A stretch of DNA of 63,693 bases, counting the filler, from Reticulomyxa filosa (taxonomy: Eukaryota; Protista; Foraminifera), in NCBI GenBank assembly GCA_000512085.1. It is 17 parts of 17 records of this genome, joined end to end, with 100 filler letters (N's around TTAATTAATTAA, not from the genome) between each part and the next. Parts side by side here need not be neighbours in the genome. Positions count along the whole stretch, not along the records: positions 34,357 to 39,107 come from ASPP01006163.1; positions 39,208 to 40,898 come from ASPP01034669.1; positions 40,999 to 42,310 come from ASPP01024970.1; positions 42,411 to 45,256 come from ASPP01001972.1; positions 45,357 to 54,947 come from ASPP01000050.1; 12 more parts are not named here. One strand, written 5' to 3'. The notes below the pieces were generated by a model. It did no database searches, was not told the origin of the DNA, and saw nothing but the letters and a program-made list of their open reading frames with translations. Both the position numbers and the translations under genes were made by a program. How positions within the stretch are numbered: the stretch's first letter is position 1; every line of letters begins with the position of its first letter. Shown here one piece after another: positions 36,283-49,600 of the stretch.

Positions 36283-37041
36283 ATGATGAGTTCATTATCG
36301 ATTTTGAATTTGTTCCGTGAGTTCTCTATTGCAGATTGGATCACTTTGCTAAATGCATTTTGTGGCGTATCTGCTATTTTATTTTGTTTAAACTACCTAG
36401 GTACCCAACGTGCTTGACTTGCCGTTCGATCTTTTTTTTGTAATGCTGTTCTGAACAGTGAACTCAAATTAGAGAAAAATTGACTAATTTGTCAACTTTG
36501 GAGAGCTAAACTAACATTTTTTAAAAAAACAGGGAACGATAATAAATTGCCATATCTTGATATGTCGTTTTTCATGTTTCCAATCGCACTAATTGCAGAC
36601 ATAATGGATGGCCAGGTTGCAAGACAACTGAAAAAGACATCGATATATGGTGGAGACTTGGACAGTCTGAGCGATGTCATATCATTTGGTGTAGCCCCTT
36701 GTGTGATGGCCTTTACATTAGGAGTAACGGGCATGTGGGATGTGATGTGTTTGTGTTTTAATGTCTTATGTGGTGTGTCTCGATTAGCACGCTTCAATGT
36801 CACCTCTGCATCAATGCGTGGTGACAAGTTTAAAAAAATGCCACGCTTTGAAGGTCTTCCCATCCCTGGAAATTTGTCACTGGTTGTTTTGTTAGCTATT
36901 GATCATTACTTTTTAAACTATTTTTTAACACAAAAATTTAAATTTCGAATCTTAGGCAAACATTTTCATCCTATTGTCTCTATTTTGTATGTTGTCTTTG
37001 GGTTTTTGATGATTAGCAAAGTCAAACTACCTCATTTGTAA
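36283..37041 (+). CDS. CDP-diacylglycerol--serine O-phosphatidyltransferase (CHO1/PssA type), 2 exons
   Basis: Exon 1 has ADWITLLNAFCG. CDP-alcohol motif DIMDGQVAR......GGDLDSLSDVISFGVAP, then SRLARFNV and FEGLPIP. Intron about 36401-36531. Confidence 0.92.
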
Positions 37042-38479
37042 ATCTTTAAAAAATCATTGTAGTAACTTGCTAGAGCTGTTCTTTGGAAAAATGTTTGTAG
37101 TCAATTCAATCTTTGTCAACTTTTATCTTTAAAAATTCGCAATTGTATTACATAGTTTAGCTTGTAAAGGATAAAAAATAGTTTTAAATTTTCAAAAAAA
37201 AAAAAAAGTGTTTTGAACGTACAAGATTATCCATATTTGATTCGCTATTTATGTATTAACTTTAGTAAAAAAATAGATATAGCAATAATGTCACATTGAC
37301 TTCGACAACAATGTTTTCCAGATCACAAATTATAAATCCAATTTTGAAATGTAATTATATACATATGAGTCCCCAAAAATCATAACATGAATTACACTTT
37401 TTACAAATTTTTTGTAAAAGAATTCAATTATCACATTTGCAGTTTAAATATCTTATACTTACAAAAAGTAGCTTAAAAACCAATTTTAGCTAATTTAGTG
37501 ATGATATGTTGATAAATTGGTAAATTGCTTTTTTTTACATTAACATTTAAGATATGCTTAAACAAAATATTAAACTAAATAACAGAATACTTCTGCTATC
37601 TTAGTTCTATTGTAAAGATTAATTTAAGAAAACAATATTATGTTGACAGCAAATCAAAAACAAAAAGATGTATTTTTTCATTTCTATTCTTTACTCTTTT
37701 CGATGGTTAACTGTCACGCTAAAAATTTATTTGCTATGTCATTCCCATATCAAAAATATGCATGTCAAATTAATGTCATCCCCTCTTCAATCTAAGAAAA
37801 GGTAAAGAGATAAGCTAGTTTTCAGCAACTAAGCTTGTTCGGTTTAACTAAAAAGAGGAATTATAAAATATACAATGTTTTTGCTTGTGAGTGTAGTTGC
37901 AATAATTATTTCTTTAGTTCCATGCGTTGTATCAACACCAAGTATTGCTATATATACATATATATACACGCTTAAAACGTAACGTTAAGCGTTCTCTGTT
38001 CTTGCTTGTTCCTTGTACGTAGGTTCCAGCCCAACGGTCACGGTCAGCCTTGGCTGGGGCGAATATGCAACGTCTAATCTATCCGTTACTGGAAACATCA
38101 CTAATCTGCAAGAAAGCTCTGATTATTTCGTTAAGCATATACAATATTTCTTATTGCTTTAGTAAACATGCGTATTCGTCTGTACATGCATTGAATTGCA
38201 ATAAAAAATTGACGACACAACGTGCAGGCGGTAATATTTTCATTTGTTGATGGTTGGTGGGGGCCCAAATCAATTGCTCAAATCGGGGGAAAGGGGCATT
38301 TTGCTGCTTCTTTGGGGGATGACAGTTTTGTTTGTTTGTTTTTTTTTTTAGGATTATAACTTTTGTGCTCGTGGCTTATTTCTCTCCCTTTGGCATTTTT
38401 TTTTAAATGTATATAACACACAACATTACCGACATGATGGCACTTTCACAAAACAGTCAACGATAAGTACACAACGAAG

Positions 38480-39040
38480 GTGGCATGTTTTATAATTTTG
38501 GACACCGAAGCGAACAAAAGAAGCGTGCGGAGATTTGAATATTCGAGAAAAGCCTACATCAACAACAATATTTTCAACAGCACTTCAATCGATTCATCTG
38601 ATATTGTTTATTTCGGCGTTTTTTTTCGCCAAGTTGTTTTATGGAAAGGTTACGAATGGTGGAAAGAGTATCTTGTTAACACTACCTCTCCAGGTTTTTT
38701 TATTTTTAAAAAAAAAAAAAAGGGGGGTGAGGGGGGTATCTTCGTGCACACGTGCACAAAAAAAAAAAAAAAGTAAGAAGAGGGGGGGGGGGATGGTAGC
38801 ACAATTTTATTAATATTAAATTATTTTTTTTTTATGTTTTCCCTTTCGAACAAATTGAAAGGAATGATTTTTTTTTTTTTTAATAAAAAAAAAAAGGTAA
38901 CAATTATTTTTCCGGTAATAGTGACTTCATTGGAGTGGTGGAATCCGACGAAACGTTGTATCTTTCAATATACCATGACAATGAAACCGACAGCACAGTT
39001 TGCACCGAGTTGATCAACTTTGCTTACCCTGGATATGGTT
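38480..39040 (+). CDS. Hypothetical protein exons, 3'-truncated
   Basis: Two coding-like blocks (about 38480-38693 and 38921-39037) flanked by homopolymer-rich introns. Confidence 0.4.
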
Positions 39041-39067
39041 TGTATTTCTGTCTGTTGACAATTTCAC

Positions 39068-39102
<35 letters not shown>

Positions 39103-39207
39103 TTTTTNNNNNNNNNNNNNNNNNNNNNNNNNNNNNNNNNNNNNNNNNNNNTTAATTAATTAANNNNNNNNNNNNNNNNNNNNNNNNNNNNNNNNNNNNN
39201 NNNNNNN

Positions 39208-39921
39208 GATTTTTATGATAATCAAATTCCAAAATTGGCTTTAAATAATAATAATAATATTGACTTACAAAATAAGGTTATGATATCATTGAGAAGTATT
39301 GGACATTTGAAAATAATGGGAACATTGAATGGAAATGAAATTGAAAAATTATCATTTCATCATCAAAAATATTTGGATATTTTTGAAAATGAGTTATATC
39401 CTGATGTCAAATCTAGACCTACTTCTATTTCATTAAAAGATATTGATAATCTGATTCAATCATATGTAGAATTAAATAAAGAATCATGGATGAAAGGAGT
39501 TAAAGATATTGAAAAAATATTATTCCAAAAATCCAATTATATTCATTCATTAAGTTTTTGGCGTCAAGATAATGATAATAAAAATCAAATGTTATTGGAT
39601 TTTACTTTCTTTTCAACTACTACAACATGTTTTATGTTGCGTTATTTGATGACATATCGAAGAGAAGACTTGAATCAAATATTTAAAAATTGTCCAATTC
39701 AAATATTTTGTGGAAAATCTTACTCCTCAAGGATGGAAACTATTAGTGGATGGACATCACAAAAAAATCAGATTATTCAAAATGAATTAAAGAAATGGAA
39801 AGTACAAATACGATTACAACAAGATAAAAAAAATTTAGCTTTATGGTATTTGAATGAAGAAGATGTGGAATTGTTTTTTGAAAAAGTACCTCCAGGTGAA
39901 GATTGTTTAAAACTTCAATAG
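39208..39921 (+). CDS. PPR-family protein C-terminal region (paralogue of 10203-11326), 5'-truncated
   Basis: Collinear similarity: ISL.S.GHLK.M..LN.NE.EKLSFHHQ, LRYLMT, NELKKWKV.IRL.QDK and VPPG.DCLK. Confidence 0.9.
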   Translation, partial: DFYDNQIPKLALNNNNNIDLQNKVMISLRSIGHLKIMGTLNGNEIEKLSFHHQKYLDIFENELYPDVKSRPTSISLKDIDNLIQSYVELNKESWMKGVKDIEKILFQKSNYIHSLSFWRQDNDNKNQMLLDFTFFSTTTTCFMLRYLMTYRREDLNQIFKNCPIQIFCGKSYSSRMETISGWTSQKNQIIQNELKKWKVQIRLQQDKKNLALWYLNEEDVELFFEKVPPGEDCLKLQ

Positions 39922-42899
39922 GAATTTATTGAATTTGAGGATGTATAGAAAAAGAGTATTATTGAAAAAATATTTTTAACTTTTGTAAAAGAGATGTTTG
40001 AATTTAATATTCTTGCTATACTGTGGTAAATTCCAATGAAATTAAATGATATTTTCCTTTTTTCTTTTTTAATTTAGATCAATTGTATTTGTTTGAATGT
40101 CTGCAAAAACTGATGAAGTTTCTTTTTTCCAATTTAATTATGTTACAATTTGTGATACCACTATGTTGTTTCAAGTATGTATCATTTCATCAAATGCTTT
40201 TGATAAGATAAATGAGATATTTTTATGGAAATGAATGGAATGCAAAAATAATGAAAGAACCATTGTCGCTTCACTACAGTCATTATTAAAATCATAAGTG
40301 TATGAAGTATTCAATGAACAATACAAGAATTGGTTATCTCTTTGCCAATTGAGCATCACTGAAAAAAGAGGCTCACAAATATGTATTTGAGTTCATAATG
40401 TTGTTTAAGTTTGTGTTGTAAATATTTTTTTTTAGTGGGAAGAATGTATTGGTTCAATGTTTTGTTGGTTACTTTTTGTAACGTATTGTATTATTTAGGT
40501 ATTCAAGTTTGAGTCAGGTGCTTGTTTTACAATATTTTCCTTATCAATTCAACAAATTAATTTTAATTTAAAATTTGTTTAGGTGAAACATCCTTTAATA
40601 TCATTTCAAAATGATTCCAATTTAATCCTCAAAACTTTTTGTGATTATCACACAGTTGATGGCCTTGACTCACTTCTGTGACGTTAGATGCTTCAAAAGT
40701 TAAATCTCAAACAAATTAAGATAAATAAAAGTAAGTATTACAAAGATAACTAATAAACAACATCTTCAACTTTCCCATACAAACAGGAATTTAATATCAT
40801 ACAAAAAACTCTTGTCTACTCTGACATTTTCACTTCAAAGTGATAAATGAAAAGAAAAATAAAGAGACATTTATTGCAAGTATTAAAAATGTATAAAANN
40901 NNNNNNNNNNNNNNNNNNNNNNNNNNNNNNNNNNNNNNNNNNTTAATTAATTAANNNNNNNNNNNNNNNNNNNNNNNNNNNNNNNNNNNNNNNNNNNNAC
41001 CGACATAATGTTTTTTAAACAAGAAATGAAAATAGTGAAGGGGGGTAATAACATTAATCAATTTTAAAAAAATATATACATATAGAATAAAAGTGGTGGA
41101 AAAATCAACGAGTTAAAATCAACGCATATGATTTGCCATCAATGGTTCCAAAAGTGAGTGAAGTGACAATGGAATTGTATGATTGTTGCATTTCCAAATT
41201 TGGAAGGTATCTTAGACACTGATTCATTGGAACGAGTTTTGTTTTCGAATTTTCTTTTTTTTAATTTTAAAAAAAAATTGTGTTGAATGAGATTTACCTA
41301 CTTTTTTCGAGGTTCACTTTTTTTTGTTTGTTTTGGAAAAAGGACCTTTTCTTTCTATAATTGCAATTTTGAATTTGTTTACAAAAAAAATGAAAGGGAT
41401 AGACAATGGAGTGGTTTTGGCAATGAGTATGCTCGCAAATCAGTAAAATTGTGTGTTGTCAGCAATCCCAACACAAATTGTTTGATATTGGCCAATAATG
41501 CGACCAATATCCCTTTGATATCATTGATTTGGCATTTTCCTTTTTTTTCCCAATTGTGCAATGCGTCTATCGTGGTCGAGACGTGTCACTGCGGTAGAGT
41601 TTTTTTACTCAATTTTGCATGTTTGTTTTCTTTTTTAATTAAAAAAAATGATATTTTAATGTATTAATTATCCCATTTTTTTTTGATCAGATGGGGTAAC
41701 CATTTCAGCAAATTCAAAATGTAGTACCAGTATAAATATTAAAATAGAAAATTTTTTTTGTTGCAAAAGATATTTTCGTGTCATAATTTTTTGTAAAGAA
41801 ATAAAAAAAAACAACCTAATTCTCGTTGCAGGATCACGAATCACAAGTCCAGAGGTCACCCACCTTGCGTACCCGCGATTAGATACGCTACCGTCCTTGT
41901 GAAACTTGTTGCTGCAAACTGAGACGTTAATGCTGTTGTTGACCTCTATATAATGATTAATCTATGTATCTGACCTAAATTTTTTATAACGCTTTTTTTG
42001 CAGGGAAAATGTTGTTTATCTTCAAAGTAAAACCTTCTTGTTGAACGTGTACAATCATTTGACTCTAAACAATGGCAGAGCTCGTGTCTCTGGAAATAAC
42101 GTTCTCAATCTTGGTGCTCCTGATGATAGTGCTTGTGAGCGTCCATATGTATATAGGTCTTCAGGAATTGAAGAACAAGTATGGTCATCGAATCAAATTA
42201 CAAGACCGATTGTGATTGTTTATAGCCGCTGAAGCTTTGCTGTTTTTAGCTTTGAAGAAGTGGACTCAAACTGAAAAGTTACAAGGAAAAGCAAACACAA
42301 CACCAAAAAGNNNNNNNNNNNNNNNNNNNNNNNNNNNNNNNNNNNNNNNNNNNNTTAATTAATTAANNNNNNNNNNNNNNNNNNNNNNNNNNNNNNNNNN
42401 NNNNNNNNNNAATAAAAAACAGATTCTCTTTCAAAATCTCTTAAAATTCATTATAGCACAAGACCAATTTTTTGTTTCCATTTTTCTGTCTTCAATTTCG
42501 TTAGCTGCACAAGGAAAGAAAAAATTGTTCAAATATGGTATAAAAAAAAACAAACAAACTAAATGACTACTGAACATAATAGAATTTCAATTTCGCAGTT
42601 TTAAAAATTTTTTTAAAAATTTACTCTAAATTTGAATATTTTTTTTTCTTTCAAAAAAAAAAAGTTGTGCCTATTGCAAACTATATTTCGTAATTTGACA
42701 AATGTATACAGTAATCAACTTGTAAAAAAAAATTTGAGATTTTTGTTGGCAGGAATAAAACAATGAAAATGGACCGAATAACATCAGCAAAAAAAAATTC
42801 TACGCGAGAATGTGGGCGGTGACGGGCGCATAATTGGTTTTGTGACTACTTTGGTCAATCATTCAAAAAAGACTAGCATCTTCCTTAAAAAGGATAAAG

Positions 42900-44730
42900 C
42901 ACAAATTTCACAACATTCAGCAACCCAACGGATCGGTTCGATACAAATGGGTTAGTGGGTGACTTGAAGCTAACAAATGAAAGACGAACAGTGTACCTTC
43001 CCGAGCCAGCAGACAACTATGTGACACTATTTAGAGAAACAGAAATTGAAGTGGGTAAATTCGAATGGTCAGTGCGAGTGGACAAAGCAGGTGATCGACA
43101 AGCAGTGATAGGAGTTGCAACGGGATCAGCATTGGCACAAATAAGCGGAAAGTTTTGCGACGAGACAACGGGGTTTGGATATGGCGTGAACGGTCTGTTT
43201 CGCAGTGGCGGCAAAATCACAGCAGGGAAAGGGCGAGACTGCAGTCTAAGCGAAGAAGACATATTGTTCATCCGCTTGGATCTGAAGTTGAAAACACTGC
43301 AATTTGCAAAAAATGGAATCCTGTTGGATATGGTCATCCCAAGGGTCGCCCCTGGAAAGTATCGCTTGGCAATTGCATTAGTTGATGAAGGTGAACAATA
43401 CACCATTGTCAATCCTACTGATTATCTTGCCAGATTTGCAAAGGTTCAATAATAATAAAAAAAAATTCAATTTCATATATGAAATTGAACTTGAGAACTT
43501 CGAAATTGAAACATTGGCATTTCTCCTCCTCCCCCCCCTTTTTTAAGTATAAAATTTTTTATTTTTTTTGTGTTGAACATGAAATATAGTTGGCGTTGCA
43601 AGATTGATTCACGTATTCGGGAACCAAATCGCAGATAATGTTTGCGATGCATAATACATGTGCGTTGCATCAACCTCCGATGAAACATGGATTCGACGAG
43701 AAGGCGCAGAAGAAAGTGATGGTGTATGAAGAAGGGGTGGACACGGCATATGGGTATCGATGGATATCCAATAAATCGTTTGAGTGGATACTGCAAATCG
43801 AAGGACAATCCAAGTTTATGACGATAGGCATTTGGGGACAAGCGGGCAACAATGAAGTGGAGTTGAAGTCGGGCCCCTTTTCCAGCGAGTTTGATAAAAC
43901 CAAATACGGCTATGTCATCACCGGCTTTGGCGAAGCTGTTCACAATATCATCGCTCACACGTCCACTGATCCCAATATTTTGGGAAAGAGTCTGACCGAA
44001 GCAAAAGCAAAGACAAACACAACCACCATTTTACGTAAAGATAATCTTCACTTAAACACTACTATTGCTGGTGTCAATAACAATAATAACAATAATTGAT
44101 CTGAAGAAAAACATGAACACTGCCGCCAAAACAATTGACTTGATTTGTGAAAGGATGCAAAAAATCCGTACTTTCAGTTTCGTCACATTATATTAGACTA
44201 TATCATATATGTACACATAATATATTATATATGTACATATATTTATTATAATTAGAAAGAATGCAAGGACAACAGACAATGATATCGAGTGGCACGTCAA
44301 ATTCGAGAGGTCAACCTCCACGCGACGATGGACAGAACAAAAGTAAGGAGTTGCCTCGCGAATTGGCAATGTATGAACCTTTGCTGAGATTGCCCGAGTT
44401 AATAAAAGCAAAGGAAATAATTGAGTCTGTGTAAAACAACGGCGTGATGTTTCGGAAGTCGGTGAGCAAATGGGTGAATATCATCCAGCCCAGTATGAAG
44501 ATACATTTTTCGTCGTGGAAAACGTGGACCAGTGATGATATCGCCGATTGGATCGTTGGCTTGGAAAATGGCAGATTTAGCAAGTATGAGTCCGTTATGC
44601 GACAGGAAATGAAAACCGCCAAAGTCGAAGGAATGCATTTACCTATGCTTACTCAAAACATCAAGTATTTGCAAAGATTTGGTATTATCGAATTTGATGA
44701 AGAAATTGCTTTGCAAAAACACATTCAATT
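42900..44730 (+). pseudogene. SPRY/B30.2-like x2 plus SAM domain gene with premature stops (intron-containing pseudogene)
   Basis: SPRY-like GKFEWSVRVD..IGVA..GYG..IRLDLKLKTLQFAKNG, then a second SPRY-like block. SAM is WTSDDIADWIVGLENGRFSKY..G..L..L..FGI..LQKHIQ. In-frame TGA at 43605 and TAA at 44432, and a frame change near 44097. Confidence 0.7.
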
Positions 44731-45559
44731 TTATTTTTCTTTTCACATATTTGCATATCGCAACGTTCAGACAAACAAATAAATAAACTTACAAATAATA
44801 TTATATATATGAACTGATCGATTGAAAGTTCCATGTCGGTGACGACGTTGCCGCTTCCAATAATAACCCTAATTCTACTATTACTTCGTACAAGTACACA
44901 AATGGAGATACACTTACCCACCCATTACATATGTCGCAGTATGCAATCTGTGGCCATCACATTAAACTGGGTTATAATATTGAACAGTCAAATGTACATT
45001 CAATCTATAACACCTGACACTCAAACTAAACTCAATGTAGCATTTGTACATCAATCCTAGTGCTTGATTTACTACAAGGAATATTTACACAATAGATAGT
45101 TTGTGTGTGACAACTAGTTGATAAATATATTATATCAAATGTTAAATAGATAATCCAAAATTTTGTTCATAAATCACGTTTTTTTTCAAAAATGAAAATA
45201 AATAAGATTTCAATTTTATAAACTAGATTTTTAGAACATGATTCTATCTTAGGATCNNNNNNNNNNNNNNNNNNNNNNNNNNNNNNNNNNNNNNNNNNNN
45301 TTAATTAATTAANNNNNNNNNNNNNNNNNNNNNNNNNNNNNNNNNNNNNNNNNNNNACCATTTGAAAGAATGTTGATTTCATCCAACAAAAAAAAAAAGT
45401 TATTAAAAAAATCAATATCATATTTAAAAACTACAAGGCTTGTAGATATTTTTTCTAAAATAAAAAAAAAATTAGGTCTAAATGTTGATTTTTCATTGAG
45501 AAAATCAATTATCATCATAAGATATGTTTTAGGCGTTCAGTTTTCTTTTCAACCTACTG

Positions 45560-46060
45560 TAGATGGCGGTGCGGTGTATGTGTGTGAAGGTGGTTTGTCA
45601 TGTGTGGGTAAAAGAGTGGTATGTAGGTGAAGGTGTATATGGATGAAAATGATGGTGTGGCGTGTGGTATATATAAGTAAAGATTGTAATGTATATTGGT
45701 AAAGAAAGTAATGTAAAGTATATAAATGAAGAATGTATTGTGGTCTATGGGTGAAGATATTAGTATGTTGAATATGGGTAAAGCTGGTGATGTGGTGTGT
45801 GAGTGAAAGTAGTGTGTATGTAAATGAAGATGGTAATGTGGTGCATGTGGGGGAAGGTGGTGTGGTGTATATAGTTGAAGATGGTGGTGTTGTGTACATT
45901 GGTGAAGGTGGTATATAGGAGAATGTCGTGGTGTGATTTATGAGTGAAGTTAATGGTTTAGAGTATGTGGGTGAACGTGGTGTTGTATGATTGAAGTTGG
46001 TGGTGTATTTTATATATGTGAATTTGATTTATATGGTTAAAATTTGTGGTCTAGTGTATT
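45560..46060. repeat. Degenerate GT-rich minisatellite (GGTGAAGGTGGTGTGGTGTAT-like units)
   Basis: Strong G/T strand bias. The minus strand reads repeated YTTPPSPT-like peptides with stops. Confidence 0.75.
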
Positions 46061-46203
46061 TGGATGAATGCGTTATAAGAGGTTGAAGTAATGTGTTATG
46101 TGATTATATTTTGTTTATATTTTATTTATGTACTGTATTAAAAAAAAATATTATTCAATAACGACGAGAAATATAAGTTATAAATAATACTTTATTTCTC
46201 TTG

Positions 46204-46283
46204 GAAGTATTTGCCATTTGGAGGCAATGTGATATTTTATCAACTTCTTTTTAGAGGACTGTGTTCGAATCCCAGATACTGCA
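46204..46283 (+). tRNA. tRNA pseudogene (degenerate; isotype not assignable)
   Basis: Acceptor GAAGTAT/ATACTGC-A (6 of 7 pairs) and T-arm CTGTG-TTCGAAT-CCCAG (4 of 5 pairs). D and anticodon arms are decayed. Confidence 0.6.
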
Positions 46284-46629
46284 TTATAAAATTGAATATT
46301 ATTTATTTTTTATGAAATATTTTTTCAGTTTGAGAAAATTGTATTAGAAAAAAAGGAATCATATTTCATAAAAGGAGAAATATGAAGTTTGAGTAAAAAT
46401 AGTATACGTTGAGTACTTTTGAAAATGAATAAGAAATTATTATCGAAAATTATTAAGATGGAGCTATTAAAAAATTTGTTTCAATCACATTGCTGTTCAT
46501 CGGTTGGATAAAGTGAAAAATATATCAAAAAATTGATGAACTTTTTTTCTTTTTTTATTTGATGACTTAGGAAAATAAATAAAAGAAATGATAATAAGAT
46601 CACAAAGTTGCAAAAAAATATTTAATATT

Positions 46630-49600
46630 TACTGTTATGGGTCATTTTATTGGATTATTTTTTTAGTTTTTTTTTTGACATGTTTTTCAAAAATGACACA
46701 GTTTTTTATTCATTCAAATAGAAAATTAATTTAAGTCAGTTATTGTGTTTTAATATGTTTTATTTTAATGAAAATTATCAATAAAATAATATATTGCAAG
46801 GAGCTTGGTCCCATTTTTTGTCTTTTGTCGATAAACAACAAGCTTACACTTAATAAGGAATATTGATGCAGTTTCTCGTTCTATAAGTAAAAGTTTTTTG
46901 TTTTTGTTTTTATATTTATTTTTAAATTCTTTTCAATTAAAATTACATTATGTCAATATAATATATTTATGATTAACAAATATTTTGCAACCAAATATTA
47001 TATTTTTTATTTTTATGTACTTTTTATTTTGCATTCAATGTATCGAATACAAATATTATTTAAAATCTCTTCACAAACAAATTCTTTTTATAAAAAAACT
47101 GGAGAATTGTTTATTGTTATTGCCAATGCCTTCATTGTGAGTGAAGAATTTTATATGTTGATTATATAAAGAGTGTTGTTCTCTGTGATGATATTTTCAA
47201 CAATTGGATAATATGTCTTTGCATTTAATAAAATATTTTTTTTCCAACAAATGCTATTTTATTCGAACTAAATTATCTCTATAAAGGAACTATTTTGTTG
47301 ATAGATTAACTTTGTAGAACCTAAAATAAATACTTTTTCCAATTTCAATAATTATGCATCATATCTGTTTTTTAAAAAATGACACAGTTTTTATTTAGCC
47401 AAATAAAAAGTTGTTTTTTTTAAAATTAAATGGTTTTTAAGTAAGCTAATTGTGTATTATTTAGTTTTTTTGGAGTGTCAATTATTTCTTCAGAAACTTC
47501 AGTATCTTTGAAAAGAGAAAAAAAAAACAAATTCTTTTTTTATCACTTGATAATTCCACGTTATTTGGTATTTGAATTGTATCTAAGAATATTTGTTGTT
47601 CTCTTTTCTCAATTTATGCATTCATCATACTGATGAATTGAATAAAACTTCTGATGCGTTTGAAGGAGGAGAGGAGAACCTTTTATACATAGAAAAAGTC
47701 TTTTAAGTTTTTTTTAACTTATTACCTTGTGAAAAAAAAAACTTTGATGTGTTGTTTGCTTTAGATAATTATATTCTCTACAATAAAACTATCTTTTTGT
47801 TTAAAAAAAAATAATATATATAAATTAAAAATAATCACTTCCCCATAATATACATTATTTTGGCCCAACTCTTACAATAATTGCACATTTGATAAGAACA
47901 GTTGTCATTTTTCATTTATTCCTTCGTATGAAACCATTTTTATCATTTCAAATAGCGATATCAAATATTTTTACTGTTTTCGTCAAGTCCAACTTAACAA
48001 GTTACTGCTGTTAAAAAACAATGTCACAAAATAATTTTGTTTTGAAAAAAAGAAGTTAGAAAAATTAGCAGCGAATTGTAATAAAAGAAAAGCTGACAAT
48101 AAACAAAAAGGATTATTAAGAACATAATTTATGTTTTGTTTCTTTTAATGATTAATTTCTGCTTTGATAATCTTTTCAAAACAAATTTAATTGATTTATT
48201 CAGAAATGTTGAACTTACATAACTATCAACAAAAAAACAAATTAAAAAAAAGTTAACAGTCAATTTGATCATTTATTGTTATTTTTTAAAATCAACAATT
48301 GATTCTTTGAATGTATAATTATAAAAAAATTCAGATAATGATTGTTTCATTTTCGTGAAACAGGTCATACAATCAATACATTTTTGATCGAAGACGAAAT
48401 AATGTAAATATCTTGGACATAGATATATAAAATATTTTTTAATAATAAATAAAAAAAAAAAAAAAAGATCATGATATTATCTTTGAATTCTTTCGATCAC
48501 TTTCGTACACAGAATCTCTTTGGCAATCTGTGAATCCCTTATAAGCTTTGGAAACAAGGACTAAAACAAATGATGCAACATAAAAAATAAAAAATCTGGG
48601 ATTAACTTATCATAATTTTTCAATTTAAAAAGATTTCTTTATTTATTCATTCATCAAATCTATGACTATTATTCGAAATAAATATGACAATAATAATAAC
48701 TGCAATTCATTATTTTTCCTTTCAAAGATTGTCAATATGCTACATGTAATAATATATTTAATCAATTTTGCAGATATGTTGACATATCTTATGTGATTAT
48801 GATATTATCTATTTTTGTCATTCAGTAATTAAAATGAAATGGCAATGATAAATATAGTTCCCTTTTTTTTTATTTTCCTCATGCTGCAATTGTTCTTTAA
48901 CCAAAAAAATGTTGCTCTTGTCAAACACGTTCAAAAAAACCAAGAATACTTTTAAGAATAATATTGAACATAATGACAAATACAAAAAAAAAATAGTCAA
49001 AACTAAAATTCTGTTGAAAAATGCAAAGACAATCAAAAACAAGCTGCTGATGTATGTATTTCCCTCTCCTCTCTTGTAATCTATTAGTTTTAATTGATAA
49101 TTTGATATAATCTTTATTTTATAAAACAAATCAAAATAGATCATTTATGATGAATCTTCCATTCAAATACATTTTTATTTTTTTGGATAAACTGAAGTAT
49201 CATGAAATAATTTTGTTTAACAATGTATTGAAATGAGTTTGCAAACATTACAATTTTCATCACAATGAAAAACAAAAAGAGTTAGAAATTATTTGTTTCA
49301 GCTTGATAAATAATAAAATTGATGAATTCTTATTCATTGGATGAATTACAAATCATTTTCTTCACATAGTACCATGAAGGTTAAAAGAGGATTTTGTCCA
49401 ATTATTGGTATTTTTACAGTTTTGTTTTTTTTTTAAATTGTGGGTCATTTTTTTAAAAAAAAATGACTATCAAACCAAAATTATATAAAATAATAAATTA
49501 AAACAATGATAGACTTTACAACCTTGTTGGAATATTGATTATTTCTTCTTGTAAAAAGAAAAGACAACAAATTACTTTTTTGTCACTTGATAATACAAAA

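Noticed and set aside
31547-44450. Reassigned stop codons (alternative genetic code) explaining in-frame TAA/TGA
   Set aside because: Intact conserved genes have no internal stops and end in standard stops (TAA in RPL29, LST8 and MPP-beta; TAG in the PPR genes; TGA in the E1-like gene). The stop-containing loci also have frameshifts.
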